This document shows, piece after piece, positions 20,071 through 29,046 of a stretch of DNA of 64,000 nt (its first letter is position 1; each line of letters begins with the position of its first letter). The notes below the pieces were generated by a model, which worked only from the letters and a program-made list of their open reading frames with translations, made no database searches and was not told where the DNA came from. This stretch comes from a virus: positions 78,111 to 142,110 of IMG/VR virus record IMGVR_UViG_3300027976_000007. One strand, given 5' to 3'. Position numbers and translations under genes: made by a program.

Positions 20071-21648
20071 TTATAACAACCATTTAAGGTCTATATTATG
20101 TTCACCTATCTGGGATTTATAGGGGTTTGGGGTATTGGAATTAATAAAACCTCCAGTATATGTGGTTTTATTGGTTCTAATAGAATTTAAAGTAGCCTTA
20201 GCCATATCTAACCCCTGTTGTTGAAATCTTAATGATGTATCTCTTAAAAACATACCTATAGCATAAGATATGACCAAATCATCGTTGTTCCCCGTTCTAG
20301 CTTGAGGCTTCCCATTTTTCCATATAAATACTTTCATTTCACCTAATAATCTTCTAGACCTTATAATAGTGCCTCCATCTTTAACACATTCGACAAATTT
20401 ACTTATACATAAAGGACGAGTTCTGGTGGACATTGTAAACCCAGGAACCATATCAGAACTAGAGTCATAGGATCTTAAATAAGATTCAGATGTAAGTTTC
20501 TCTCCTTTAGGGGAATAGTATAAATTTTTATAATTTAACTCTAATACAGTTTCAATAGTAGCCCAACCTACATTAGCATTTTCTATTACTAATAAAGCGT
20601 TATTATATTCAGTACCTAAAGAAGTTACAAAATGTCCTAACTCTTTAGGGGAAAGTCTTCCCCTATATTCGGCTACTTGGGTATTTGTCTCTATATCTAT
20701 AACATGAGCTGCCGAATTATCCTTCCCATCTCCTCGGGCTACATCAACTAATATTATGTAGTCTTTAGAGTAATCAGGATATTCCCATATCCACAAATCC
20801 TTAGTAGCCCCTCTATATTCTATGGGGTCTTTTATAGTTTCTTTTTCTATTATTTCAAGGAACTCCGCAATGAAAACCGTGTCTCCAGAGTTATTAAAGT
20901 CACAATCACATTCTTGGGCGGCGGTTTTTTCTCCTAACAGATCATCTTGTTCATCTCTCCAAGTTTGGTTTCTTTCAGGATGGACAAACCAAGGGAGTTT
21001 GATGGGTAAAAATTTACCTGTTCCCTTCTTTTGACCTTGTACAGCATCTTCCCACATATCGGAAAACCAATTTCCTATCCCATTTGGGGTTGATAAAACT
21101 ATACATCCTCCCCCGGTAGCTAGAGTTTGTTGAGCCGACCCCCAAGTTTCTTCTATATTATCTATAAAAGCAGCCTCATCTATTACTAGTAGAGATACAG
21201 CTTCAGATCGGGCGGAATCGCTGTTTGATGATTTGGCTTGGATTTTGGATCCATTAGATAGTCTAAGGGATAATTTATTGTTTTCTACAGAGTCTACTTT
21301 CAACCATGAAGGAAGGTTTTCCCACATAAATTGAACTTTAGTTACTAAGTTTTTTGCTGTTATTTGTGTAGTTGCTAGGGCCAGTATATTTTTATCTTTA
21401 TGGAAAGTCATTAACCATAAACTATAACCTGATATTAGGGTGGAGATTCCTAATTGTCTTGATTTTAAAATAAAAACATAAGGGTTATCTTTTACTAAAT
21501 TTAGAGCTTTTTCTTGGAATGGATATAAACCAAACTTAATACGACCCGCTTGAGGATGTTGAATATAGCAGTATTTTTTCATGAAATGGGTCGGATCTTT
21601 CGCACATTTCAAATATTCCTCTCGTATGGCTCTCTTTATATCACTCAT
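20071..21648 (-). CDS. gp17: Terminase large subunit (gp17-like)
   Basis: LYPFQ, KSRQLGIST, DEAAF, STPNG, DVARGDGKD, DDLV. Confidence 0.97.
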   Translation of the reverse strand: MSDIKRAIREEYLKCAKDPTHFMKKYCYIQHPQAGRIKFGLYPFQEKALNLVKDNPYVFILKSRQLGISTLISGYSLWLMTFHKDKNILALATTQITAKNLVTKVQFMWENLPSWLKVDSVENNKLSLRLSNGSKIQAKSSNSDSARSEAVSLLVIDEAAFIDNIEETWGSAQQTLATGGGCIVLSTPNGIGNWFSDMWEDAVQGQKKGTGKFLPIKLPWFVHPERNQTWRDEQDDLLGEKTAAQECDCDFNNSGDTVFIAEFLEIIEKETIKDPIEYRGATKDLWIWEYPDYSKDYIILVDVARGDGKDNSAAHVIDIETNTQVAEYRGRLSPKELGHFVTSLGTEYNNALLVIENANVGWATIETVLELNYKNLYYSPKGEKLTSESYLRSYDSSSDMVPGFTMSTRTRPLCISKFVECVKDGGTIIRSRRLLGEMKVFIWKNGKPQARTGNNDDLVISYAIGMFLRDTSLRFQQQGLDMAKATLNSIRTNKTTYTGGFINSNTPNPYKSQIGEHNIDLKWLL

Positions 21649-21657
21649 AGAGGTTTT

Positions 21658-22575
21658 TTATAGAGAACCTTCTAACTTCTTCTTGGTTTTGGTTAGATCC
21701 TTTAGCTGGTTTAAGTATTTTTCTTTTTTATCCCCTTCAGAACTTTTATATAGTTTAGCTATTTTCTTCATTTTTTCTACCGCAGATTGGAGTTGTAAAG
21801 CGGTATTTGAAGTGGAATCCTTTTTGAAATCTTTCTTTGTTGGTTCTTTTTCGAATTCAGAAGAATCATCATCTTTATCTGCTTTATAATAGTTATCTTC
21901 TATTTCTTCACCCCCATCGTCTTGGTTTTTCTTTTTCCTACCTTCAAACCTCAAAGCTGTAGCTATTTTCCTCATTTTTTCTACCGCAGATTGGAGTTGT
22001 AAAGCGGTATTTGAAGTGGAATCCTTTTTGAAATCTTTCTTTGTTGGTTTTTTTTCGAATTCAGAAGAATCATCATCTTTATCTGCTTTATAATAGTTAT
22101 CTTCTATTTCTTCACCCCCATCGTCTTGGTTTTTCTTTTTCCTACCTTCAAACCTCAAAGCTGTACCGGCACCGGCACCCATATCTTGGAGCAATTTAAC
22201 AAGTTTGTCTAAGAAAGGTTTGGATTTTTTTCCTGCTCTTACTATAGCTTTTATTAATTCGTTCTCATCCGTTATCTCTGGACCGTGTGTTTCTTCAATG
22301 TTTATATCTTTGGTAATTTTTGAAGTTTTTTCAAGTTCCTTATTTAATTCTTTTTGGTTTATTACTTCTTCTTTGGTAGCTTCTTCTAAATCATATTTAC
22401 CTTCTCCAAATTTACCTTTTATCCTATTCATTATACCCTCTATAGCTGTAAAAGAATCATATGGGCTGTATCCATTACGTATAGCTATTTTTTGGATAAA
22501 TTTTATTACTATTTGTTCTAAAGAACCATTAATATTGGATTCTTTGATGGAAGATTTTTTGGAAAGATGTTTCAT
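21658..22575 (-). CDS. Charged hypothetical (probable internal) protein with a 68-aa duplication
   Basis: ORF with late motif at 22601-22610 and a duplicated segment. Confidence 0.7.
   Translation of the reverse strand: MKHLSKKSSIKESNINGSLEQIVIKFIQKIAIRNGYSPYDSFTAIEGIMNRIKGKFGEGKYDLEEATKEEVINQKELNKELEKTSKITKDINIEETHGPEITDENELIKAIVRAGKKSKPFLDKLVKLLQDMGAGAGTALRFEGRKKKNQDDGGEEIEDNYYKADKDDDSSEFEKKPTKKDFKKDSTSNTALQLQSAVEKMRKIATALRFEGRKKKNQDDGGEEIEDNYYKADKDDDSSEFEKEPTKKDFKKDSTSNTALQLQSAVEKMKKIAKLYKSSEGDKKEKYLNQLKDLTKTKKKLEGSL
21757..22164. repeat. 204-bp in-frame tandem duplication (2 copies, 2 differences seen)
   Basis: 21757-21960 versus 21961-22164. Confidence 0.95.
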
Positions 22576-22609
22576 AGTTTATTGTAAAAATTAAAGTTTA
22601 TTATAAATA

Positions 22610-23140
22610 TTACAGAGAGAGTGCATGTTTAATAGAAGATATTCTATCCTCCATACTTCCTTCTATCTTATAGAAGTTTTTGATTCGGTGTTTGTATATG
22701 TTGATTATCCTTTGGATGCTATGGTCTATTTCTTCCCTATATTCAGCATCAGTTTCCCTGACTCCATTATCTTCTATATTTACCCCTTCAGGTGAAACAT
22801 AAAATATATAATCATATTCAGATATGAGATTTTTAGCCATTATACAAAAATCGTCCTTATCATTTGGAGGGATTGATTTGGATAGAAGGGAAAATGCCAT
22901 TACATCTATAATAGTTCTATCGGTAATTATGTTTTCTTCAAGAAGTTCCCTTGACCTTTCTGCGGCAAATATTATTTGTCCTTTAAGGGTTGAGTCTGTA
23001 TTTAAGGGTATTCCTAAATCCCTTAAATATTTAGATCTTTCTGTTGTGAATTTATAATGAGAAAATTCTGGGAGTGATTTTAATTCATTCACCAATGAAG
23101 TTTTCCCTACAGAAACTGTTCCACAAAATCCTATTTTCAT
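22610..23140 (-). CDS. NadR-type (AAA_28) P-loop kinase
   Basis: GTVSVGKT Walker A, ERSK, TDRTIID, YDYIFY, EDNGVR. Confidence 0.8.
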   Translation of the reverse strand: MKIGFCGTVSVGKTSLVNELKSLPEFSHYKFTTERSKYLRDLGIPLNTDSTLKGQIIFAAERSRELLEENIITDRTIIDVMAFSLLSKSIPPNDKDDFCIMAKNLISEYDYIFYVSPEGVNIEDNGVRETDAEYREEIDHSIQRIINIYKHRIKNFYKIEGSMEDRISSIKHALSL

Positions 23141-23143
23141 TAT

Positions 23144-23368
23144 TTATACATTTTGACAATAAATGATAAAGTCATCTATTACTTCTTTACCATGAGAATT
23201 TAAACCTGTTTTATAGGATTCTAAGGTAAGTATAGAATTTTTAGACTCCAAAAGTAAAGGTTTAATATCTAACAGAATAGATTCGTTTATGGATAATTGG
23301 TCTAAAGTATCCCCTGAATATGATATGCTATCATTTATATAATCTTCTATATGATCCGAGTATTTCAT
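23144..23368 (-). CDS. Small hypothetical protein
   Basis: 74-aa ORF in the operon; INES and LLES motifs. Confidence 0.55.
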   Translation of the reverse strand: MKYSDHIEDYINDSISYSGDTLDQLSINESILLDIKPLLLESKNSILTLESYKTGLNSHGKEVIDDFIIYCQNV

Positions 23369-23822
23369 TTAATAAGGTAGTTAGTTTGATGAATGTTTCT
23401 TTTATTTGAGAATTAAGCCATTGGAGTCTTTCTCCCATCCTTTTCCCTTCCATAGGTTTCTCAATATTTTTTTCAGGGATGTATAAAGTTAGGGGTTTTA
23501 TATATTCACTCCCCACAAGAAATATAAATTTATCTTTTTTTAAATCTATACCTTTTTTTATCATTTGGGATGCTACTTTTTTACCCCACTTCTCTTTTTC
23601 TTCTTTAGACATATCCTTTAAAGTAAGATCATAAGGGCCTAATTTCATATCATATGGAACCAAATGATGTTTAGCAGATAATATAAACTTTTTATTAGGT
23701 TTCAAAGACTCACCATAAGCCAAAGTTTTTTGAAACATTGGGGATGGGGAATATAAATCTACAGCTTTAGATACTTTGTCTAGTTTAGATTTAGTACAAC
23801 TTAATAATACAATTCGGGCCAT
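23331..23822 (-). CDS. DUF6884 / YaaA-like fold protein
   Basis: IVLLSCTKSK...DLYS...ILSAKHHLV...PYDLTL...Y...GERLQWL. Carries a C-terminal IKLTTLLNE tail. Confidence 0.75.
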   Translation of the reverse strand: MARIVLLSCTKSKLDKVSKAVDLYSPSPMFQKTLAYGESLKPNKKFILSAKHHLVPYDMKLGPYDLTLKDMSKEEKEKWGKKVASQMIKKGIDLKKDKFIFLVGSEYIKPLTLYIPEKNIEKPMEGKRMGERLQWLNSQIKETFIKLTTLLNEILGSYRRLYK

Positions 23823-23842
23823 ATGTTTTTATTATAAATATA

Positions 23843-24046
23843 TTAAGATACTTTTTCAATCAAATTCATAAAAGTCTTCATAATTTGAACTTCATTTATG
23901 AATAACTCTACATTAATCCCTCTAACCCCAACACAAACTGTTGGGGTTTTGTTTGTAGTTAAATTTTTATTTAATCCACTTAGAAAAACCCCATAAAAGG
24001 GTTCTTCCTTTATTGACCGTTTACCAGCTTGAATTATTTCTTCCAA
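23843..24046 (-). pseudogene. Truncated remnant of a DUF2201-type (VWA-associated) metallopeptidase gene
   Basis: EPFYGVFLSGLNK....PTVCV...GINVELFIN resembles the family N-terminus but stops before any HExxH. It has only a TTG start. Confidence 0.5.
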
Positions 24047-24057
24047 ACCATATAGAT

Positions 24058-24321
24058 TTAGTTTCTGGTATCAGACAACTTGCCTTTCATAGATGAATTT
24101 TTGTAGTAAGGCAAACCCTCTCTTTGAGATCTTGCTTCTTTCCATTCATCTTTAGTTTTTTGAAGGCCATAGAGATAATATTCAGCTTTCTTGCTGTTTC
24201 CTTCAGGGGTCAAAGCGGGGCCATCCCATCTGTGAAGTTTTCCATCCCAGATATAAGCTATAGTCCCATCTGCTTTTCTTAATTTCCTACTTTGAGGGAA
24301 TGGTGTTCTTTCCTGTGTCAT
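24058..24321 (-). CDS. Small protein with an LHRxDGPA motif
   Basis: GKLHRWDGPA...EYYLYG. Start moved to ATG 24321 because the longer call overlaps the promoter at 24343-24374. Confidence 0.7.
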   Translation of the reverse strand: MTQERTPFPQSRKLRKADGTIAYIWDGKLHRWDGPALTPEGNSKKAEYYLYGLQKTKDEWKEARSQREGLPYYKNSSMKGKLSDTRN

Positions 24322-24342
24322 ATATACATTTTTGATTATACA

Positions 24343-24374
24343 TAAATATAACATCCTTTCCCCGGGAGGCCAAA
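24343..24374 (-). promoter_or_regulatory. Bacteroidota-type housekeeping-sigma promoter
   Basis: TTTG-N20-TATATTTA. Confidence 0.75.
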
Positions 24375-24390
24375 CAGGGGGGGAAATTTG

Positions 24391-25743
24391 TTATATATCC
24401 TTTAATATTGATTCGGCTGAGTAAATACCTTGGCTCCCACTAACCGTAATACCCCTAGCAGATAAAGCATCACCAACGAAATGAATATTAGGATATTTAG
24501 TTAAGGATAAATCTTTATAGCTGACCAAAGGTTCAGGAGAAAGATATTTGACCTCTGGCATGTATATCCCATAGTCATTCCCTAAGGTTGGGAATACTTC
24601 TTTCATATCTTCTATAAATCCCTCAATGTAAAGGGCATAGTCTCCTAAAGCATCATATAAAGGCTGGATTGAATTAACCACATTACATTTTAAATATTCC
24701 CCTTCTGAATTTTTGGAAGGTTGGCGGTTGTTGTTGGGGGAATAAAATGAACCCATTCCTTTATTTTGGAGAGTTTTTACAGCAGTTCTGGAATACTCAA
24801 AGGGGTTTTCTATGTTTTGAATTTCCATCAATATCCCAAAATTAGTCATATTATTACGATGAGCTTCATCTTTTTTGGCATGTCCATTATAAGAATGATC
24901 CCCGTATGTTTCTTCTATGGCTATATAAGCTGCGTTGTTGTTCGTACAAAAAGTTCTTAACGAAACTCCTTTATCTTCAAATTTTCTATATAATTTGAAA
25001 TCATAACTAATATCAATTAACTTTTGGAAATGATGTTGAGGTGCCTCAAAACGGATCCCTATTTGTACTGATTTAGGTTCAGTTGGTAGGTCGTATTTTT
25101 CTGCTAATTTTTTTCCAAAGTCTATGCCGGATTTACCTACACCAAATATAAGTGTATCGTATTTTAATATCACATTATTGGCCCATTTCATACCTTCGGG
25201 TAAGCTCTCACTATCCATTTTTGCTGTTTTAGGATAATATACTTTATTATTTTCAAAATCAATATCCGTTACTTTAGTCTCCCATTCAAAGTGGACACCT
25301 TTTCCAACTAAATAATCATACCAGTTCTTTGCAATTTCAGATAAGTAATCTGTCCCTATATGCCAAACAGGAAATAACCTTAAACCAAAATAAGGTTTAA
25401 TGAAATCAGGTTCTGTTTCTGGGTTTGAACAATGGACTTCTTTAGGGTTAGGGTGGAATCGTTTGAAATTATTTATCACCTGATCCATCAATTCCATTGC
25501 TTTTTCTTCACCACAATATTTAGATAGTTGACCTCCTATTGAAGTATGATAAGTTAATTTACCATCACTCCAACCTCCAGCTCCTAACATACCTTCCATT
25601 ACCTCACTAGGTAACCTATCATATGGGCCTTTACCCATATCTATTATGGTTATTAGTTCCCCCGGGTAACCATTATCTATTAATTTAGTGGCAGCATTGA
25701 TTCCTGAGACTCCGGCTCCTACAATTACTATTTTTTTATCCAT
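24391..25743 (-). CDS. FAD-dependent oxidoreductase (COG2509-like)
   Basis: IVGAGVSG Rossmann motif, GAGGWSDGKL, RTFCTN, NGH, TNFGIL, PEVKY, FVGD...RGI. Confidence 0.9.
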   Translation of the reverse strand: MDKKIVIVGAGVSGINAATKLIDNGYPGELITIIDMGKGPYDRLPSEVMEGMLGAGGWSDGKLTYHTSIGGQLSKYCGEEKAMELMDQVINNFKRFHPNPKEVHCSNPETEPDFIKPYFGLRLFPVWHIGTDYLSEIAKNWYDYLVGKGVHFEWETKVTDIDFENNKVYYPKTAKMDSESLPEGMKWANNVILKYDTLIFGVGKSGIDFGKKLAEKYDLPTEPKSVQIGIRFEAPQHHFQKLIDISYDFKLYRKFEDKGVSLRTFCTNNNAAYIAIEETYGDHSYNGHAKKDEAHRNNMTNFGILMEIQNIENPFEYSRTAVKTLQNKGMGSFYSPNNNRQPSKNSEGEYLKCNVVNSIQPLYDALGDYALYIEGFIEDMKEVFPTLGNDYGIYMPEVKYLSPEPLVSYKDLSLTKYPNIHFVGDALSARGITVSGSQGIYSAESILKDI

Positions 25744-25763
25744 TATTTATTATTTATTATTTA

Positions 25764-25795
25764 TTAATATACGAAAAAAAAATGTGGTCTCCAAA
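25764..25795 (-). promoter_or_regulatory. Bacteroidota-type promoter
   Basis: TTTG-N20-TATATTAA upstream of the oxidoreductase. Confidence 0.65.
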
Positions 25796-25805
25796 TTCTG
25801 ATTTT

Positions 25806-26723
25806 TTATTTTATTATATCTGATATTATGTCTTGTAATATAGTATGAACTTCTTTACCTTTGATTAATGATTTAATTGTATATAATCCCCCTTTAATAT
25901 AACTAGCACTTTTAATATATTTTATTCCATCTCCCCCGGCTTGTCCTGCCATCAATAATATTACAATGGCATATAAAACATCAGATATATTTTTTTTATA
26001 TTTTTCATTCTTAGTAAACAAACCAACTACTTTTTTTATTGGGGCCTTAAAGGCTTGTTCATTCTTATGAGTGAAATGTTCTATTTTTTTAGCGGCCTCT
26101 TCCCCCTTTCCAAAATTATGTTTAGCAAATTGGTTTTTAGCAAACTTAGACAGCATATGGGCTACCGTGTTAGATAGAAGAATATAACCTAAAATTCCTA
26201 TTAAAGATTCATTAAGATCTTTTTTACCTTCTAATTCTTTTTTGATAGCATCCGCTAATTCATCTCCTAAGTCAGCAAATTCATCTCCTAAGTCAGCAAA
26301 TTCATTTTCTCTTTCGAATTGTAGGGGTTGAATTCCATTTATGTTCGAAGGGGTGTGTTTCATATTTTTAACACTTAGGGAACCCCCCTCAAGGTTAGAA
26401 AACATTTCATGTAAACATTTTTTAATTTTATTTTTTTCAAAATCTTTATATGAAGATAAATTTAAATCTCTATTTTCTAAAACTTTTTTATTTTTCCCTC
26501 CTACATCAAGTAAACCTCTAGAATATAAATATCGTGCTTCATCTATCATTTTTAGATACTCATATTTAGACATATGACCTTTATATGAGGTTAACGGTAA
26601 ATTAGCGCCTATATAACGCTTAAGTGTAGGGGTCAATATTATGGGTGAAATCAGATTTTCATTTAAAGAAATCGCATACTTTTTAATGGAGCAGGGACCA
26701 CATTTATGATTATTATTGCACAT
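25806..26723 (-). CDS. Hypothetical modular protein with hydrophobic C-terminal helices (possible internal/ejected protein)
   Basis: LNE sites, hydrophobic segments LIGILGYILLS and VLYAIVILLMAG, and a 21-bp tandem duplication at 26257-26298. Confidence 0.6.
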   Translation of the reverse strand: MCNNNHKCGPCSIKKYAISLNENLISPIILTPTLKRYIGANLPLTSYKGHMSKYEYLKMIDEARYLYSRGLLDVGGKNKKVLENRDLNLSSYKDFEKNKIKKCLHEMFSNLEGGSLSVKNMKHTPSNINGIQPLQFERENEFADLGDEFADLGDELADAIKKELEGKKDLNESLIGILGYILLSNTVAHMLSKFAKNQFAKHNFGKGEEAAKKIEHFTHKNEQAFKAPIKKVVGLFTKNEKYKKNISDVLYAIVILLMAGQAGGDGIKYIKSASYIKGGLYTIKSLIKGKEVHTILQDIISDIIK

Positions 26724-26724
26724 A

Positions 26725-27822
26725 TTATTTCATTATTTCTTTATAGGTCAATTCTATCTTATTTCCTGATAAATCTCCTTTAGGGTACACCTGCTTTTTA
26801 GGAACTACTGTAGCTCTTAAACCTCCAGTAATATTCCTTGTAGAATCATGTCTTATATTTAATAATGGTTCCAAATCATACTCTTCTATATCTACCATAT
26901 TTTCTAACACTTTGGAAACCTCAACATATATTGTATCTCCTTTTAGGGTGAAATCTTGAGGTGAATAGGTTTTATATATAACTACAGAATTATCTGACCC
27001 GAATATTATTAATTCTTCTTCAGATTCAGGTAAATCCAATACTATTACTCCTGAAACTTTGCTTTTTGTTTCTTTATTATACATAGTATATATTCCTTTC
27101 TTTTTATTCCCTAACTTATCTAGGAAAGGTTTGAAAGTTAATTGTGGGGCAAATCCTCCATTTTGGATTTTGGTGAATAATGCATTTACTAATTCTCTAT
27201 ATCTAGAGTCTGAACTTTCCCAGAAACCTGCATTGTCTTTTTTTATTGATATAGGATAATCTTTTTTACCTTTTAATATTATATCTGCTTTTTTACCTCC
27301 TTGAGTATCATAACCCACACTTTCTACTTTATTGATATTTTTAACAGTATAAGTTTTATTTTCCCCTTTAAATTTTATAGTTTTAGGACCATCCTCTAAA
27401 TATTTATTTAATTCATCTACTATGATGTCTTCATTTCCTGTACCCGCAGAAGATCTGCCTTGAGAGTTATCAGGTTTAACTACAAAAGTAACGGTTTTAT
27501 ATTTTATGGCTCCTGTTGAAGATCCTGGGGCGTTAGGGTCAAAGTTAAAATCTTTTAATTTAGAGATTTTTTCAATATAATCAAACCTTTCGGTTCTGGG
27601 AACTAATATTTTATATTTCTTAGAAGAAATTTTAGCGAAATTTTCATCCCCAAACCCAATTTTTGATTTTAGAATTTGTATAGCATTATACATATCATCT
27701 TCTTTTAACATACCTTCTATTAATGAATTAAATAAGTTAATGTCTTCAGGGGATGAGGGGTCTAAATATCCTTTGGGGAATTTATAACCGTACTTTCGTA
27801 TTAGTTTTTCTATTATTTCCAT
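26725..27822 (-). CDS. Restriction-endonuclease-like PD-(D/E)XK fold protein
   Basis: G..NE...KADIIL......ISIKK pattern. Confidence 0.5.
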   Translation of the reverse strand: MEIIEKLIRKYGYKFPKGYLDPSSPEDINLFNSLIEGMLKEDDMYNAIQILKSKIGFGDENFAKISSKKYKILVPRTERFDYIEKISKLKDFNFDPNAPGSSTGAIKYKTVTFVVKPDNSQGRSSAGTGNEDIIVDELNKYLEDGPKTIKFKGENKTYTVKNINKVESVGYDTQGGKKADIILKGKKDYPISIKKDNAGFWESSDSRYRELVNALFTKIQNGGFAPQLTFKPFLDKLGNKKKGIYTMYNKETKSKVSGVIVLDLPESEEELIIFGSDNSVVIYKTYSPQDFTLKGDTIYVEVSKVLENMVDIEEYDLEPLLNIRHDSTRNITGGLRATVVPKKQVYPKGDLSGNKIELTYKEIMK

Positions 27823-28661
27823 TAAAACCGCATTCCATCAATAATATTTTCTATTTGATCTTTTAGATCTTCCATATAAGAAATTATATCTGATTTTTGA
27901 TCTCCAGCCAAAGCATAGGCGCCTCTTCTGGCGTTTTTGATTTCGTAATCTAACTTAGCTACGGAAGATGTAAAACCCAATAATCCCAAATCTTCAAAAT
28001 ATTCTTCTTTCCAACCATCATTTGAATATGATTCCTCTTCAAAGTTATCATCAGGTCCTTGTCCTTTATAGACTTCTAATATTAGTTTTTTTAGTTTAGA
28101 TTTTTTCATTTTTGTTTCTTGTATTTCTTCGGGTTCAATATCAAAGTTATCATCAGGTCCTTGTCCCTTATAGACTTCTAATATTAGTTTTTTTAGTTTA
28201 GATTTTTTCATTTTTGTTTCTTGTATTTCTTCGGGTTCAATATCATCGATTTCTACATCTTCTGTTTCTTCAGGTTCATCTAAAGGTTCAGTTTCTTCTT
28301 TTGCCCCATATCTTAATATTCGGGAGATGGCTTCTACCGCTCTATGCTCCTCTGGTAGATTTAATAAATAATATTTTTTACCTTCTATTTGAGCTATCCA
28401 ACTTCTACCATTATATACTAAGTAAAAACTTTGATCGTTTTTTAGATTAATTCTAAATGTAGTAGGTTTTGGAGAAACCCAGTCTATAGAATCTAGAAAG
28501 CTATTAAAATCTAAAGATAACAAATCTACAATTATCTTTTTTAATTCTGGGAATTTAGTTATTTCATCATATTCTATAGAACTGTCATCTACCTTTTTTA
28601 TATCTTTTAAGATAGTAGGGATTATAGATTTGACTTTAGATTTTAATTCTTCCTTGTTCAT
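27822..28661 (-). CDS. Hypothetical protein with a duplicated internal MKKSKLKKLILE module
   Basis: ORF track; 34-aa duplication. Confidence 0.7.
   Translation of the reverse strand: MNKEELKSKVKSIIPTILKDIKKVDDSSIEYDEITKFPELKKIIVDLLSLDFNSFLDSIDWVSPKPTTFRINLKNDQSFYLVYNGRSWIAQIEGKKYYLLNLPEEHRAVEAISRILRYGAKEETEPLDEPEETEDVEIDDIEPEEIQETKMKKSKLKKLILEVYKGQGPDDNFDIEPEEIQETKMKKSKLKKLILEVYKGQGPDDNFEEESYSNDGWKEEYFEDLGLLGFTSSVAKLDYEIKNARRGAYALAGDQKSDIISYMEDLKDQIENIIDGMRF
28039..28242. repeat. 102-bp in-frame tandem duplication (2 copies, 1 difference seen)
   Basis: 28039-28140 versus 28141-28242. Confidence 0.95.
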
Positions 28662-28662
28662 T

Positions 28663-28869
28663 TTATTGTAATAAATCGGTTAGAGACCCTATTAGGAGAT
28701 CTATTTGATTATTTATTTTAGGAGTAGAAAATTTTTCAGATTTGAAGTTTTGTAACCTTATAATCGTTCTATTTACTTCCTCCTTCATTTCCTTTTTAGG
28801 GGAGTCTCTTTTTTCATGTTGGGGGTTCAGAGATTCTCTAATTATATTTTTTAATTCGGATTTTTTTAT
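28663..28869 (-). CDS. 68-aa protein with an ATA start (KKSELKNIIRES...), missed by the ORF track
   Basis: Open frame fills the gap exactly. ATA overlaps the upstream TAA. The N-terminus matches neighbouring MKKxELKxxIxE proteins. Confidence 0.6.
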   Translation of the reverse strand: MKKSELKNIIRESLNPQHEKRDSPKKEMKEEVNRTIIRLQNFKSEKFSTPKINNQIDLLIGSLTDLLQ

Positions 28870-29021
28870 TTGTGGTTTCTTTTAAAATCAGCAGATAGTT
28901 GCTTTATTTTAGTAGCAGCAGCTCTACACCTTTGTTTTGCAACCGCTGTTGATTTTTCTATTTCTGTTTCTATTAATATGATTTGTTCTTTAATTCCTTC
29001 TAATAATTCTTTAGTTTCCAT
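28866..29021 (-). CDS. Histone H1-like (Hc1-family) small DNA-binding protein, missed by the ORF track
   Basis: METKELLEGIKEQIILIETEIEKSTAVAKQRCRAAATKIKQLSADFKRNHK resembles the helical-hairpin AxxRxRxA...KxL..F[KR] pattern of Bacteroidota Hc1-like proteins. Confidence 0.65.
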   Translation of the reverse strand: METKELLEGIKEQIILIETEIEKSTAVAKQRCRAAATKIKQLSADFKRNHK

Positions 29022-29046
29022 AATTGTTTTTTATTTTTATAATTGT

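Noticed and set aside
21757-28242. CRISPR array
   Set aside because: The repeats are tandem coding duplications without unique spacers. The Cas4-like nuclease at 33576 is a common stand-alone phage enzyme.
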